Origin: a bacterium
Lineage (GTDB): Bacteria; JAMCPX01
Direction: 5' to 3'
NCBI GenBank assembly: GCA_021787665.1
Contig: JAJYLN010000007.1
Location: 10,135-74,134, forward strand
Length of the DNA: 64,000 nt
Of the stretch, positions 43,924 to 54,030 are shown in pieces. The position numbers and the translations under genes are program-made. The first letter of the stretch is position 1; every line of letters begins with the position of its first letter. A model generated the notes under the pieces. The model saw only the letters and a program-made list of their open reading frames with translations, did no database searches and was not told where the DNA came from.

Positions 43924-46017
43924 CTATAGCAATTTTGTTATGTCCAAGACCTGCGTAACAAGGCCCTTCATCTTTGCAAGCAGATTCAACCTGTTGGTCC
44001 TTATACCCGCGTCGTCGCTCATCACGAGCACCTTCTCGAAAAAGCTATTTATCGGCCCTACCAGATTTTTGACCAGATCTATATACTTAATATATTCCTT
44101 CTTTGCAAGCGCTAATTGAATTTTGGGCTCAAGCTCCAAGTAACTGTCATATAAGGACTTTTCTGATTGCTCGACCAGCAGGCCTGTATTGACTTCCCCG
44201 GCTGGATGGCTTTTGGATATGTTTATGACCCGCTTGAAGGCAAGAAAGACTGGCTCGAAATCCGGGTTTAAGCCAAAGGACTTATCAGCATTAGCTGAGA
44301 ACACTACATCTTTAAGGAAGTTTATACGCCGGTCGGCCTCAAGAATGTCGTCGGGCTCGGTTGCGATAACCGCGTCGATAAGCTTTCTTATGTTCGTGTA
44401 GCGTTCCGCCAGTATACCTTCGAGCCTTGTATAGAAGAAGCTGAGCAAAGAAGCCTGTAAGGTACCCTTATTATTGATATGGTTATACTGTCCGATACTA
44501 AAATCTATCAATGCCTTTATGTCTAATGTGATCTGTATCTGTGGGCCCGACACAGCGGACAACACTATATTTAAAATACCGATTGCAGCCCGCCGCAGCC
44601 CATAGGGATCCTGTGTGCTCGTCGGGGCCTCCCCTATGCTGAAGAACCCGACAAGCGAGTCGATCTTATCAGCAATATAAACAAGAGAGCCTGGTATTGA
44701 CATTGGCTGGCTATACTGTTCGGCAACTACAAGCGCCGTTGTTTTGTCCGATGGGTCTTTCAGCAATATATAATGGTGCCCAATAAGGCCCTGTAATTCC
44801 GGAAACTCCGAGACGAGCCGCGTAGCAAGATCAGCCTTACAGAGTCGTGCCGCCTGAAGGGTGATTGTTCTGAGGCTTTCATCGAGTTTAATTGTGTCGC
44901 AAAGGTATTTGGAAATCGCTACAATCCGCTCTGTCTTGTCGTAGAGGCTACCAAGCTGCGGGAAAAACACCATGCCCTTCAACAGATCGACATAGGATTC
45001 AAGGGGCTGTTTCATGTCCTGATTATAGTAGAACTCGGCATCCTCGAGCCGTGCGCGTAGCACCCTTTCGTATCCTTTTCTTATAATTTTTTTATCGCCG
45101 TAAGGATTATTACTTATACCAATGAAATAGGGCATCAATTTACCCCTGTCATCTGTAACGGGTATGTATTTCTGCTGGGTTTCCATAACACTCCTGATGA
45201 CCTCTTCCGGCATCTTCATGAACCTTGGGTCAAAGCTCCCCTGTATTGCGGTTGGCGATTCGACAAGGTTTGTAATGGCATTATGCAGATAGTAATCAAT
45301 AACTTCACCCCCCCCTACCTTCCTTGCCAATGTATTCGCCTGTTCCCTTATGTCTCTTATTCTTTCAGCAAACTCCGGCAGGATCTTTTCTCTTTTCATT
45401 GCCTTGCGCCATGAAGCAAGGCCGCTGATCTTTATCTTCCTCCCGCTGCCGGTCCTCAGTCCGTAGGTAAACGACGATGCCTTTACCGTACCTATCGAAA
45501 CCGGGACGACCGTGCCGTCGTACAGTACAATAAGCCATCGTATGGGCCGTATAAAACGTACACTTTCGCTGCCCCATCTCATGGACTTCCTGAACGGAGT
45601 GCCGAGTATCAGGCTTGCGAGTTTTTCTTTTATGAGAGATTTTGTGGATACGCCGGGCTTTTTGATCTCCACCTGAACAAACTCGCCCTTGTCGAGCTTA
45701 ACCATCCGTAGTGTTTTAACATCGACACCTTTTGACCGTGCAAAGCCGATTGCGGCCGGTGTCGGATTGCCGTCTTTATCGAAGGCCGCTTCCCTTCTCG
45801 GACCAGTATAAGTCGCCGTGCTCTGCTCGCCTTTGTCCGAGAGCCTCTCGACGCAGAGGACCAGCCGTCTCGGCGTAAAATAAGTTATTATTTCTGTGAA
45901 GGCTATGTGCTCCGAATCAAACAACTGCTTTATGCTGTTCGACAGGTGCTCTATCGCAGGGCTTATCTCTGCGACAGGTACTTCTTCGACGCCGATCTCG
46001 ATAAACAATTCCGCCAT
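43924..46017 (-). CDS. glyS: Glycine-tRNA ligase beta subunit
   Basis: EIGVEEVP, TPRRL, FIRPIRW, EFPELQG, DPYGLRR, NRLNLL. Confidence 0.95.
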   Translation of the reverse strand: MAELFIEIGVEEVPVAEISPAIEHLSNSIKQLFDSEHIAFTEIITYFTPRRLVLCVERLSDKGEQSTATYTGPRREAAFDKDGNPTPAAIGFARSKGVDVKTLRMVKLDKGEFVQVEIKKPGVSTKSLIKEKLASLILGTPFRKSMRWGSESVRFIRPIRWLIVLYDGTVVPVSIGTVKASSFTYGLRTGSGRKIKISGLASWRKAMKREKILPEFAERIRDIREQANTLARKVGGGEVIDYYLHNAITNLVESPTAIQGSFDPRFMKMPEEVIRSVMETQQKYIPVTDDRGKLMPYFIGISNNPYGDKKIIRKGYERVLRARLEDAEFYYNQDMKQPLESYVDLLKGMVFFPQLGSLYDKTERIVAISKYLCDTIKLDESLRTITLQAARLCKADLATRLVSEFPELQGLIGHHYILLKDPSDKTTALVVAEQYSQPMSIPGSLVYIADKIDSLVGFFSIGEAPTSTQDPYGLRRAAIGILNIVLSAVSGPQIQITLDIKALIDFSIGQYNHINNKGTLQASLLSFFYTRLEGILAERYTNIRKLIDAVIATEPDDILEADRRINFLKDVVFSANADKSFGLNPDFEPVFLAFKRVINISKSHPAGEVNTGLLVEQSEKSLYDSYLELEPKIQLALAKKEYIKYIDLVKNLVGPINSFFEKVLVMSDDAGIRTNRLNLLAKMKGLVTQVLDITKLL

Positions 46018-46019
46018 GG

Positions 46020-46883
46020 CTATGTTTTCTCAAGTTCTTTTATTGCTTTTGAATCCCTGTAGGTCTGTGCAACGCCCTTTGCCATCGTCCGTACCCTTCC
46101 GATGTACCGAGCCCGCTCAGCGACCGAAATGGCGCGTCGCGCATCGAGCAGGTTGAAGATGTGTGAGCACTTCAGCGTGCAGTCGTAGGCAGGGAGGTAG
46201 AGTTTCTCTCCGATAAGCCGCAGAGACTCTTTCTCGTATTCGTTAAACAGGGAGAGGAGTCTGTCGATGTCCGCAGACTCGAAATTGTAAACGGATTGCT
46301 GGCGCTCGTTCTCCCGAAAGAGCTCACCATAGTTTATCCTATTGTTCCATGCGAGGTCGTAGACGTTCTCAATGCCCTGAAGGTACATGGCGATGCGCTC
46401 GATGCCATAGGTAACCTCGACCGGGACAGGGCTGAGGTCGAAACCACCGACCTGCTGAAAATAGGTAAACTGGGTGATCTCCATACCGTCGAGCCATACT
46501 TCCCAGCCGAGCCCCCATGCGCCGAGGGTCGGAGACTCCCAGTCGTCCTCGACAAACCGTATATCGTGTTCCTTTGCCTTTATGCCGAGTGCGGCGAGGC
46601 TTTTCAGGTAAAGATCCTGAACAGCGGACGGTGAAGGCTTGATGATAACCTGATACTGAAAATATCGCTGCATCCTGTTCGGGTTCTCGCCGTACCTGCC
46701 ATCCGCAGGCCTCCTTGATGGCTGGACATAGGCGGCTGACCACGGGTCCGGATCCAGGACCCTCAAAAAGGTAGAGGGGTGGAATGTGCCGGCGCCGACC
46801 TCCACATCGTACGGCTGGTCTATCACGCACCCCTGGTCTCTCCAGAACCTGTTCAAGGTAACTATGACATCCTGAACATCCAT
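46020..46883 (-). CDS. glyQ: Glycine-tRNA ligase alpha subunit
   Basis: [37 protein letters not shown]. Confidence 0.97.
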   Translation of the reverse strand: MDVQDVIVTLNRFWRDQGCVIDQPYDVEVGAGTFHPSTFLRVLDPDPWSAAYVQPSRRPADGRYGENPNRMQRYFQYQVIIKPSPSAVQDLYLKSLAALGIKAKEHDIRFVEDDWESPTLGAWGLGWEVWLDGMEITQFTYFQQVGGFDLSPVPVEVTYGIERIAMYLQGIENVYDLAWNNRINYGELFRENERQQSVYNFESADIDRLLSLFNEYEKESLRLIGEKLYLPAYDCTLKCSHIFNLLDARRAISVAERARYIGRVRTMAKGVAQTYRDSKAIKELEKT

Positions 46884-46893
46884 AACAGAAGGC

Positions 46894-46923
46894 ATGGTAT
46901 CCAGAAACCGGCAGCTTTGTCAA
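46894..46923 (-). promoter_or_regulatory. sigma70 promoter for glyQS
   Basis: TTGACA-18-TACCAT on the minus strand. Confidence 0.5.
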
Positions 46924-47037
46924 TCAGACACCGTGACGGAACTCTAGGGCAAAAGCTCACAACAAAATAGTTGAATTTATCTCAAACCTACCCTACTATA
47001 TATGAACAGAAGTACAAAATACATGAGGAGGAGCATT

Positions 47038-47571
47038 ATGAATATCCGGATAACCTTCAGACACATCCCTTCATCGAGTGCTTTGAAACAATACGCCGTA
47101 GAAAAGGTCACGAAGCTCATCAAGACACTGAAGGAGCCCGTTGAGGTCCATATCATCTTTACGCAGGAAAAGAAGGCCAACACCGTCGAGATGACGCTCA
47201 CTTCCGCAGGCAAAGAGCTCTACGCAAAAGAACGAGGCCTGGATATGTATGCAGCCATCGATCTCATATATGACAAGCTCGACAAACAGCTTACAAAATT
47301 GAAAGAGAAGAAAAAGAAGCATACCGGGAATACCTCGATGAAGCACCTGCAGCAGGAAGAGACAACGGAGGAAGAAGACGAGGTCAAGGTAATACCGGAA
47401 AAGGACTACTTCGTAAGGCCCATGACGACAGAGGAGGCCGTGCTGCAGCTCGATCTGTCGGAGAACCCCTTCATCGTCTATCTCGATGCCGGGGACGAGC
47501 GGATCAATGTGGTTTTCAAGAGGAGCGACGGCCACTACGGGCTCATCGAAACAGGTGCCAAGTACAGGTAG
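47038..47571 (+). CDS. hpf: Ribosome hibernation promoting factor (long form)
   Basis: MNIRITFRH, DMYAAID, PMTTEEAVLQ, YGLIE; GAGGAGGAG SD. Confidence 0.92.
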   Translation: MNIRITFRHIPSSSALKQYAVEKVTKLIKTLKEPVEVHIIFTQEKKANTVEMTLTSAGKELYAKERGLDMYAAIDLIYDKLDKQLTKLKEKKKKHTGNTSMKHLQQEETTEEEDEVKVIPEKDYFVRPMTTEEAVLQLDLSENPFIVYLDAGDERINVVFKRSDGHYGLIETGAKYR

Positions 47572-48103
47572 AAAGAGAGTCTCCGAACGTATACACGGCG
47601 TCCTCGTGTCGGTAAAGGACGTCGGCGTTCTTATAACCGGGAAGAGCGGCATCGGCAAGAGCGAGTGTGCCCTGGAGCTCATCATACGGGGGCACAAGCT
47701 CGTTGCTGATGACCTCGTGGTTGTAACAAGGCGCGGACACATGCTGTTCGGGAGGTCCGATCCGCTCATCAGCGGTTACCTCGAGCTGCACGGCCTCGGC
47801 GTGATCAAGGTGAGCTCGCACTTCGGCAAAGGGGCAACGCGCCCGCAGAAGCGGGTGGATATGGTCGTCGATTTCATCGAGTGGGGCGAGTCGAGCCACG
47901 CCCGGGGCTTCCTGAAATCCTTTACCTATGACCTCCTGGGACAAAGGCTGCCGTTGATCACACTGCCGGTACGGCCTGCACGCAACATGGCATCGCTCGT
48001 CGAGGTTGCCGTTACGAGTTTCCTGCTGAGGAAACGCGGCATGAACGAGTCGAAAGATCTTGAACAGAGAGTCTCGAAGAGTATAAGAAGGGACCATGGA
48101 TAG
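47555..48103 (+). CDS. hprK: HPr kinase/phosphorylase, catalytic domain only
   Basis: HGVLV, GKSGIGKSE, LVADD, LELHGLG, PVRPARN; GTG start inferred. Confidence 0.85.
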   Translation: MPSTGRKRVSERIHGVLVSVKDVGVLITGKSGIGKSECALELIIRGHKLVADDLVVVTRRGHMLFGRSDPLISGYLELHGLGVIKVSSHFGKGATRPQKRVDMVVDFIEWGESSHARGFLKSFTYDLLGQRLPLITLPVRPARNMASLVEVAVTSFLLRKRGMNESKDLEQRVSKSIRRDHG

Positions 48104-48971
48104 CAAACAGCCGCTGAACATCATTATTGTCACGGGCATGTCCGGCTCAGGCAAGACGACCGCCATGGCCGTGCTCGAAGACATGGGCTTCTTCTGCATT
48201 GACAACATCCCGGTCCAGCTCATGCAGAAGTTTATCGAGCTGGTAGCCGACTCGAAGGACGACATCCACAACCTTGCCTTCTCCGTGGACGTGCGCGGGA
48301 GGGGGTTCCTTGCCGGACTTTCCGACGCTCTGGGCGTTCTGAGGGCCGCACAGAACAAGGTCACCATTATCTTCCTCGATTCCAGCGATAGCGTGCTCCT
48401 GAAACGTTATAGCGAGACGCGCAGGAGGCACCCGCTTGCACACGACATCACCATCGAGGAGGGCGTCACGCTCGAGAGGAAGTACCTCGAGGAACTCAAG
48501 GCGCAGGCAGACCGCATCATAGACACTTCCAGCTTCACGGTACACGACCTGAAGAATGAAATGAAGCTCTTCCTCCGTGAATCCGCAAAGGCCAGACCCA
48601 TGACCATCATACTCCAGTCCTTCGGCTACCGGTTCGGCGTACCGGCAGACTCAGATATCGTGTTCGACGTACGGTTCCTGAAGAACCCGTACTTCGTACC
48701 GGAACTGAAACATTTTACAGGACTGGACCAATGTGTCATCGATTATGTGAGGAACGATAGCATGACTGCCCGGTTCATCGACATCGTCAGGACGTTCATG
48801 GAGTTTACCGTGCCCCTCTACTACGCCGAGGGCAAGAGCTATCTGACCATATCATTCGGGTGCACGGGCGGGAAGCACAGGTCGGTAACGATCGTGGAGG
48901 AAGCGAAAAAAATCATATCTGCCCTGGGCTATACGCCGGTCATCAAGCACAGGGACATCGAAAAGGAGTAG
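48096..48971 (+). CDS. rapZ: RNase adapter RapZ/YvcJ
   Basis: TGMSGSGKT, ETRRRHPL, DVRFLKNP, GCTGGKHRS. Confidence 0.95.
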   Translation: MDSKQPLNIIIVTGMSGSGKTTAMAVLEDMGFFCIDNIPVQLMQKFIELVADSKDDIHNLAFSVDVRGRGFLAGLSDALGVLRAAQNKVTIIFLDSSDSVLLKRYSETRRRHPLAHDITIEEGVTLERKYLEELKAQADRIIDTSSFTVHDLKNEMKLFLRESAKARPMTIILQSFGYRFGVPADSDIVFDVRFLKNPYFVPELKHFTGLDQCVIDYVRNDSMTARFIDIVRTFMEFTVPLYYAEGKSYLTISFGCTGGKHRSVTIVEEAKKIISALGYTPVIKHRDIEKE

Positions 48972-48974
48972 ACC

Positions 48975-49382
48975 ATGGTTGGAATCGTTATCGTGGCCCA
49001 CGGACAGTTCGCGAGCGAACTGCTGGCAACGACCGAGTTCATTGTCGGCAAGAAGGACTATATTACATCGGTCATGACGGACCCCAAGCAATCCGTGGAG
49101 GACCTGCGGGAATCGATATCTGCCGCAATCAAGAGGGTAGACAGGGGCAAAGGCACCCTCATCCTCACGGACATGTTCGGAGGCACGCCATCGAACATAA
49201 GTCTCTCCTTCCTTAACGAAGGAAAGGTGGAGGTCCTTGCCGGCGTCAACCTTCCGATGCTCATAAAGCTCGCGTCCATGAACACCAGAATACCCGTCAA
49301 AGATCTCGCCAATATGATAAAAGAGTACGGCAAGCAAAACATCATCCTCGCCGGGGACGTCCTCAACAGAGCGGACCAATGA
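48975..49382 (+). CDS. PTS EIIA, mannose/fructose type
   Basis: IVAHG, TDMFGGTPSN, GVNLPML. Confidence 0.92.
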   Translation: MVGIVIVAHGQFASELLATTEFIVGKKDYITSVMTDPKQSVEDLRESISAAIKRVDRGKGTLILTDMFGGTPSNISLSFLNEGKVEVLAGVNLPMLIKLASMNTRIPVKDLANMIKEYGKQNIILAGDVLNRADQ

Positions 49383-49648
49383 AAAAGGGCGACTTCGTCA
49401 TCAGTAACAAACTGGGCTTTCATGCAAGGGCGGCAGCGAAATTCGTGAAGGTAGCGAACGCGTACGAGTCAGAAATCTTTGTCTACAAGAATGGCGAGAG
49501 GGCGAACGGCAAGAGCATACTCGGTCTGCTGACGCTCGCGGCGAGAAACGGGACCGTGTTCACGATAACCGTGGATGGCAGGGACGAGGGTAAGGCGCTC
49601 ATCGCCTTGAAATGCCTGATTGAAGACAAGTTCGGCGAAGGCCAATGA
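49379..49648 (+). CDS. ptsH: Phosphocarrier HPr
   Basis: GFHARAA (His15), NGKSILG (Ser46). Confidence 0.93.
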   Translation: MKKGDFVISNKLGFHARAAAKFVKVANAYESEIFVYKNGERANGKSILGLLTLAARNGTVFTITVDGRDEGKALIALKCLIEDKFGEGQ

Positions 49649-51366
49649 CGACTTATCTCAAGGGCATTGCTATTTCACCAGGCTGGGCGAGCGGCAGGGC
49701 GATCGTGCCGATCGGAAGCTTCGACGTCCTCCGATACCATGTCACAGCGGACATGGTACCGGCAGAGATAAACAGGTTCCTTGCCGCCTTAGAGAAATCC
49801 AAGGCGGAGATCAAGGCGCTGTCGGAGAAGATCGATCCGGTGACCGGCAAAGAAGCGCTCCTGATACTCGACATGCACACCATGATTCTCGAGGACAAGA
49901 CCTTCATCGAGAACGTCGTGAGCAAGATAAGGACCAACGCGGTCAATACCGAATGGGCACTCACGGAGATCCTGAACGCCATTGAAAAAGCCTTCGACAG
50001 GATAGACGATGAGTACCTGAAAGAGAGAAAGTTCGACGTGACGCACGAGGGACGCAGGATCCTCAAGAACCTTTCCGGCCAGAAAGCAAGCGACGAGTCC
50101 GGAGAGCCCGGCATCATCGTCCTGTCCGCCTTCGCCATGCTCAACATGCCCTACCTGATGAAGGACAACATCAGGGGAATCGCACTCGAGACCGGCGGAC
50201 CAATATCACATCATGCCATCATCGCGCGTTCCCTGGGCATACCGGCCGTGGCGGGCATCAGGGGACTCACCGACAAAGTGGAGGACGGACGGAGCCTCTT
50301 GATTGACGGAGATAACGGCATTTTGATCATCGATCCTGAAATCGAGATCCTCAGCAAGTATCAGAAGACACGGACAAAGACGCAGGAGCCCGTGATAGTG
50401 CCAACGGCCCAGAACGGGGTACACACGAAAGACGGAGCGCCCGTCAGGATCATGGCAAACATAGAGTTTCTCGATGAAGCGCAGGACGCTTACGACGTGG
50501 GCGCGCAAGGCATAGGGCTCGTACGGACGGAGTATCTCTATACCGAAGGGGGGGCCCTTCCATCGGAGGAAGTGAGCTTTGCGAGCTATGCAACAATGGT
50601 GAAGCTCTTCAGGGGCTCTCCGGTCATCATACGGACCCTCGATATGGGGGGAGACAAGCTCTTCTCTACGACCTACAGGAGATCGGACAACCCCGCTCTC
50701 GGTCTGCGCGGCATACGGCTCTGCCTGAAGGAGCAGCATCTCTTCAGGGCACAGGTTCGGGCGCTGCTGCGCGCGAGCTCCCACGGCGAGATAGGCGTGT
50801 TGCTCCCGATGGTGTCCTCTCTCGGCGAGGTCCGGGAAGCGAAGAAGATTATAGAGGAGGAAAGGAGTGCACTCAGGGCGCAGGGTACGGCGATTGGCAC
50901 GATAAAACTCGGGGTACTCGTAGAGACTCCGGGAGCGGCAATGATCGTGGACATCCTGTCACGGGAGGTGGACTTTATCAGCGTCGGCACGAACGATCTG
51001 ATCCAGTACATCATGGCCATCGACCGCGGGGACGAGGACGTCCTGTACCTCTATCAGCCGATGCATCCGGCCGTCCTCAAAGCGCTCTCCCTTATAGCGG
51101 ACCAGGCGGTACAGCGCGGACTTCCTGTTCATATATGCGGCGAGATGGCAGGCGTGCCGCTCTACATTCCCCTGCTGATAGGCATGGGGTTCAGGGACCT
51201 GAGCATGGGCATATCAGCCATCAGCAGGGTACGGCGGTTCATATACCTGATCGACAGCCGAAATGCACGGAACCTTGCTGACGCCGCCCTCAAGCTCTCG
51301 ACCGCCGAAGAGGTGGAGAACCTGATCTTGGACAGCTACGCGCGGGAGCTATCGTATGAAGCTTGA
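49645..51366 (+). CDS. ptsI: PTS enzyme I
   Basis: GGPISHHAIIARSLGIP, RTLDMGGDK, NPALGLRGIR, GTNDL, ICGEMAG. Confidence 0.93.
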   Translation: MTTYLKGIAISPGWASGRAIVPIGSFDVLRYHVTADMVPAEINRFLAALEKSKAEIKALSEKIDPVTGKEALLILDMHTMILEDKTFIENVVSKIRTNAVNTEWALTEILNAIEKAFDRIDDEYLKERKFDVTHEGRRILKNLSGQKASDESGEPGIIVLSAFAMLNMPYLMKDNIRGIALETGGPISHHAIIARSLGIPAVAGIRGLTDKVEDGRSLLIDGDNGILIIDPEIEILSKYQKTRTKTQEPVIVPTAQNGVHTKDGAPVRIMANIEFLDEAQDAYDVGAQGIGLVRTEYLYTEGGALPSEEVSFASYATMVKLFRGSPVIIRTLDMGGDKLFSTTYRRSDNPALGLRGIRLCLKEQHLFRAQVRALLRASSHGEIGVLLPMVSSLGEVREAKKIIEEERSALRAQGTAIGTIKLGVLVETPGAAMIVDILSREVDFISVGTNDLIQYIMAIDRGDEDVLYLYQPMHPAVLKALSLIADQAVQRGLPVHICGEMAGVPLYIPLLIGMGFRDLSMGISAISRVRRFIYLIDSRNARNLADAALKLSTAEEVENLILDSYARELSYEA

Positions 51367-51751
51367 GCATGTCGCGATAGTCGTCAGGGACCTGGACCAG
51401 GCCGTTTCCGTATATAAAGAGAAGCTCGGCCTGCGTCTGGAATCGAGGCAGGTCGTAGACACGGAATCGGTCGAAATAGCCGTTATGGCACTCGACAACA
51501 CGCGCATAGAGCTCGTACGGCCTCTGGATAGCACGGCCGGGGTGGCCCGTTTCCTCGACAAACGGGGTGAAGGACTGCACCACATCTGCCTCGAGGTGGA
51601 GAACCTGGATACGCTGGTCCAATCACTTCATGCGTCCGGCGTGCGGCTCATCGATGCCGCCCCGAGGAAAGGATACCGGGGCAACCGGGCGGTCTTCGTC
51701 CATCCGACCTCGACGGATGGAGTGCTCATAGAATTCTATGAGAAGAGATAG
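51356..51751 (+). CDS. mce: Methylmalonyl-CoA epimerase (VOC family)
   Basis: EHVAIVV, IELVRP, GEGLHHIC, FVHP, GVLIE. Confidence 0.85.
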   Translation: MKLEHVAIVVRDLDQAVSVYKEKLGLRLESRQVVDTESVEIAVMALDNTRIELVRPLDSTAGVARFLDKRGEGLHHICLEVENLDTLVQSLHASGVRLIDAAPRKGYRGNRAVFVHPTSTDGVLIEFYEKR

Positions 51752-51756
51752 CCCGC

Positions 51757-51888
51757 TCAGCCTCGGGTCCTTTTTCTGGTATAGAGCTTCGTCAACCCTA
51801 CAATCAGACCCAGTGCTGCCGCCGAAAAAACGAGATCGGCAAAGCTAAAGCCGTACAGGCCGACGTACTTCAGAATTTCGACTATCAT
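51757..51888 (-). CDS. Putative 43-aa hydrophobic small protein (not in ORF track)
   Basis: MIVEILKYVGLYGFSFADLVFSAAALGLIVGLTKLYTRKRTRG*; AGGA SD 6 nt before the ATG. Confidence 0.55.
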   Translation of the reverse strand: MIVEILKYVGLYGFSFADLVFSAAALGLIVGLTKLYTRKRTRG

Positions 51889-51922
51889 AGTAAGTCCTAT
51901 ACGTCTTATAGGACTTACTATG
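51886..51922. repeat. Perfect 16-bp inverted repeat with 5-nt loop
   Basis: CATAGTAAGTCCTATA-CGTCT-TATAGGACTTACTATG. Confidence 0.95.
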
Positions 51923-51988
51923 CAACAAATTTCTCAAAGGGTAATGCAAACAAGTGTAGACATGACCCTCAAAATAATATACCATAGG

Positions 51989-52549
51989 ATGATGAAAATA
52001 AACGAACTCGTGTCCCGCTACAGAACGAAGCTCGGCTTTGTCTTTGCAGCGCTATTCATCATCATGGCAAGACCCACCGTTCTGGGTATGACCGTGGGTA
52101 TGCCCATAGGCATCGCCGGACTCCTCATACGGCTGTGGGCATCCGGGTATATCCGAAAGAACAAGGAACTCTCTATGGACGGCCCTTATTCGTACACCCG
52201 CAACCCGCTCTACGTCGGCAGCTTCTTTATCGGTCTGGGCGTTTCTATCATGGGGAGCTGTATTATCTTCATCGTGCTTTTCCTGACAGGCTTCTACTTT
52301 GTCTACGCGAGTGTCATCCGGGACGAGGAGAAGGGCCTCATCGAGCTCTTCGGAGGCTCCTTCCTCGACTATAAATCGAAGGTGCCCGCGTTCTTCCCGC
52401 GGGTAAAGCCTGTACGTCTATCGAAGGATTTCGACCTCAGGCTCGTCGTGAAACATGAGGAGTATAACGCGTGGCTCGGGTTTGCCGCCATGGTCGTCCT
52501 GCTGTACCTCAAATACCATTTTCATCTGTACTCCCTTTGTCCCTTATGA
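51989..52549 (+). CDS. Isoprenylcysteine carboxyl methyltransferase / PEMT-family membrane protein
   Basis: IRLWASGY, GPYSYTRNPLYVG, EEKGL, VPAFFP; start 51989 or 51992. Confidence 0.85.
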   Translation: MMKINELVSRYRTKLGFVFAALFIIMARPTVLGMTVGMPIGIAGLLIRLWASGYIRKNKELSMDGPYSYTRNPLYVGSFFIGLGVSIMGSCIIFIVLFLTGFYFVYASVIRDEEKGLIELFGGSFLDYKSKVPAFFPRVKPVRLSKDFDLRLVVKHEEYNAWLGFAAMVVLLYLKYHFHLYSLCPL

Positions 52550-54030
52550 AAAGACAGCGCACCATAGCATACCTTGCCATACTGGTGGCATTTGTTCTCA
52601 ACGCCTTCTACATAAAGACCACCCACCTCCTCCTGTCCCCGGACGAGGCCTACTACTGGGACTGGGCACGACATCCGTCCCTGAGCTATCTCGATATGGG
52701 GCCGATGATCGCATGGATCAACATGCTCATGGTCCGTATCATGGGGTCGACGGCCTTTGCCCTGAGGATGGGAGCAGACATCTTCGCTTCTCTCTCTGCG
52801 CTGCTGTTTTTCGAGATCTACAACCGCTTCTTCTCTCACGCGACCGCACTGCTGGCCACGCTCCTCTACCTGCTCAACCCGCTCGTTGCCGCTGGAGCTT
52901 TCATCGAGACATACTACGTGCCCCAGATCCTATTCATGACGGCCCTGCTCTTCCTGCTCTTCGAGCTCAACGAGACCCAGAAACCGTGGCTGTGGTACCC
53001 GATAGGTTTCGTGCTCGGTCTCGGTATCCTGAGTCACCACATGTTTTTCTTCTTCAGTCTCGAGGTCGTACTGTTCGTTGTCATATCCGCCAGAAACAGG
53101 CACTGGCTCTGGAAAAAGGAGCCTTACCTGGGCGCCCTGATAACGGTAGCGACAGCGAGTCCGGTGTTCATATGGAACCTTACCCACGGACTCGGCATGT
53201 TCAAGAGGGCGCTGTCGCTGATGCCGGCCCACTACAATCCCTGGTTCGTCTTTACCAACTTCTTTTTCGGCGACATGGGGCTTGTAACCCCGTTCGTCTT
53301 TATCCTTCTCATCTACGTCATGGTCTACTCCATACGGAGGGGTCTGTTCCATCACGACGAGAGGTTCAACGTCATTCTCGCTACCTCCCTGCCCACCTTC
53401 GTCTTCATATGCTTTCTCGCATTCCGGGGCAGGGCCGAGGTCAACTGGCCTTCGGCCGGATTCATCGCACCGTTCATCGGCGGTGTGTACCTGCTCGAAG
53501 AGACATACAGGGCCGGCCACAGGAAGTTCGTCTTTCTATCGTTCGCCCTGATGTTCCTGACGATGCTGCCAGTCTTCTACTTCGAGCATTACCCATCATG
53601 GATATACAAGCGGCTGCATCTGCCTCCTCAGAACCAATTCACCAGGAGGCTGCGGGGGTGGAACAGGCTCGCCGGACAGGTGGAGGGCCTCATACAACCC
53701 GGGGAATACGTCGGCGCGACGGACTACGGCATCACAGCCGAGCTCGCTTTTTACCTCAAGGGACAGCCGGCGGTCTACTTCCTCAAGGTTAACGATACGG
53801 CGAAGAACGCCTACTGGTTTTTCCAGGACCGGAGCGTGCTCAAAGGCAAGGATATGATCATCGTAGACCGTGGCAACGGTACGCTGAACCCTGTGACACG
53901 GTCCCTGTTCTCCCGAGTCAAGCGGCTGGGCACATTCGATCTCACGGAAAGATCATCGGGTACACCCTGGGCCAGCTTCACCTTCTACCGTGGCTACGAC
54001 TATCGAGGAGGTACGTCGTGGACGAGATAG
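52546..54030 (+). CDS. Glycosyltransferase family 39 / ArnT-like
   Basis: LSPDEAYYWDW, YLDMGP, NWP; many TM helices. Confidence 0.85.
   Translation: MKRQRTIAYLAILVAFVLNAFYIKTTHLLLSPDEAYYWDWARHPSLSYLDMGPMIAWINMLMVRIMGSTAFALRMGADIFASLSALLFFEIYNRFFSHATALLATLLYLLNPLVAAGAFIETYYVPQILFMTALLFLLFELNETQKPWLWYPIGFVLGLGILSHHMFFFFSLEVVLFVVISARNRHWLWKKEPYLGALITVATASPVFIWNLTHGLGMFKRALSLMPAHYNPWFVFTNFFFGDMGLVTPFVFILLIYVMVYSIRRGLFHHDERFNVILATSLPTFVFICFLAFRGRAEVNWPSAGFIAPFIGGVYLLEETYRAGHRKFVFLSFALMFLTMLPVFYFEHYPSWIYKRLHLPPQNQFTRRLRGWNRLAGQVEGLIQPGEYVGATDYGITAELAFYLKGQPAVYFLKVNDTAKNAYWFFQDRSVLKGKDMIIVDRGNGTLNPVTRSLFSRVKRLGTFDLTERSSGTPWASFTFYRGYDYRGGTSWTR

Noticed and set aside
51920..51988. N-terminal extension of the methyltransferase from ATG 51920
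   Set aside because: Not used as the annotated start: a promoter-like sequence lies inside it and the ATG mirrors the palindrome; not fully excluded
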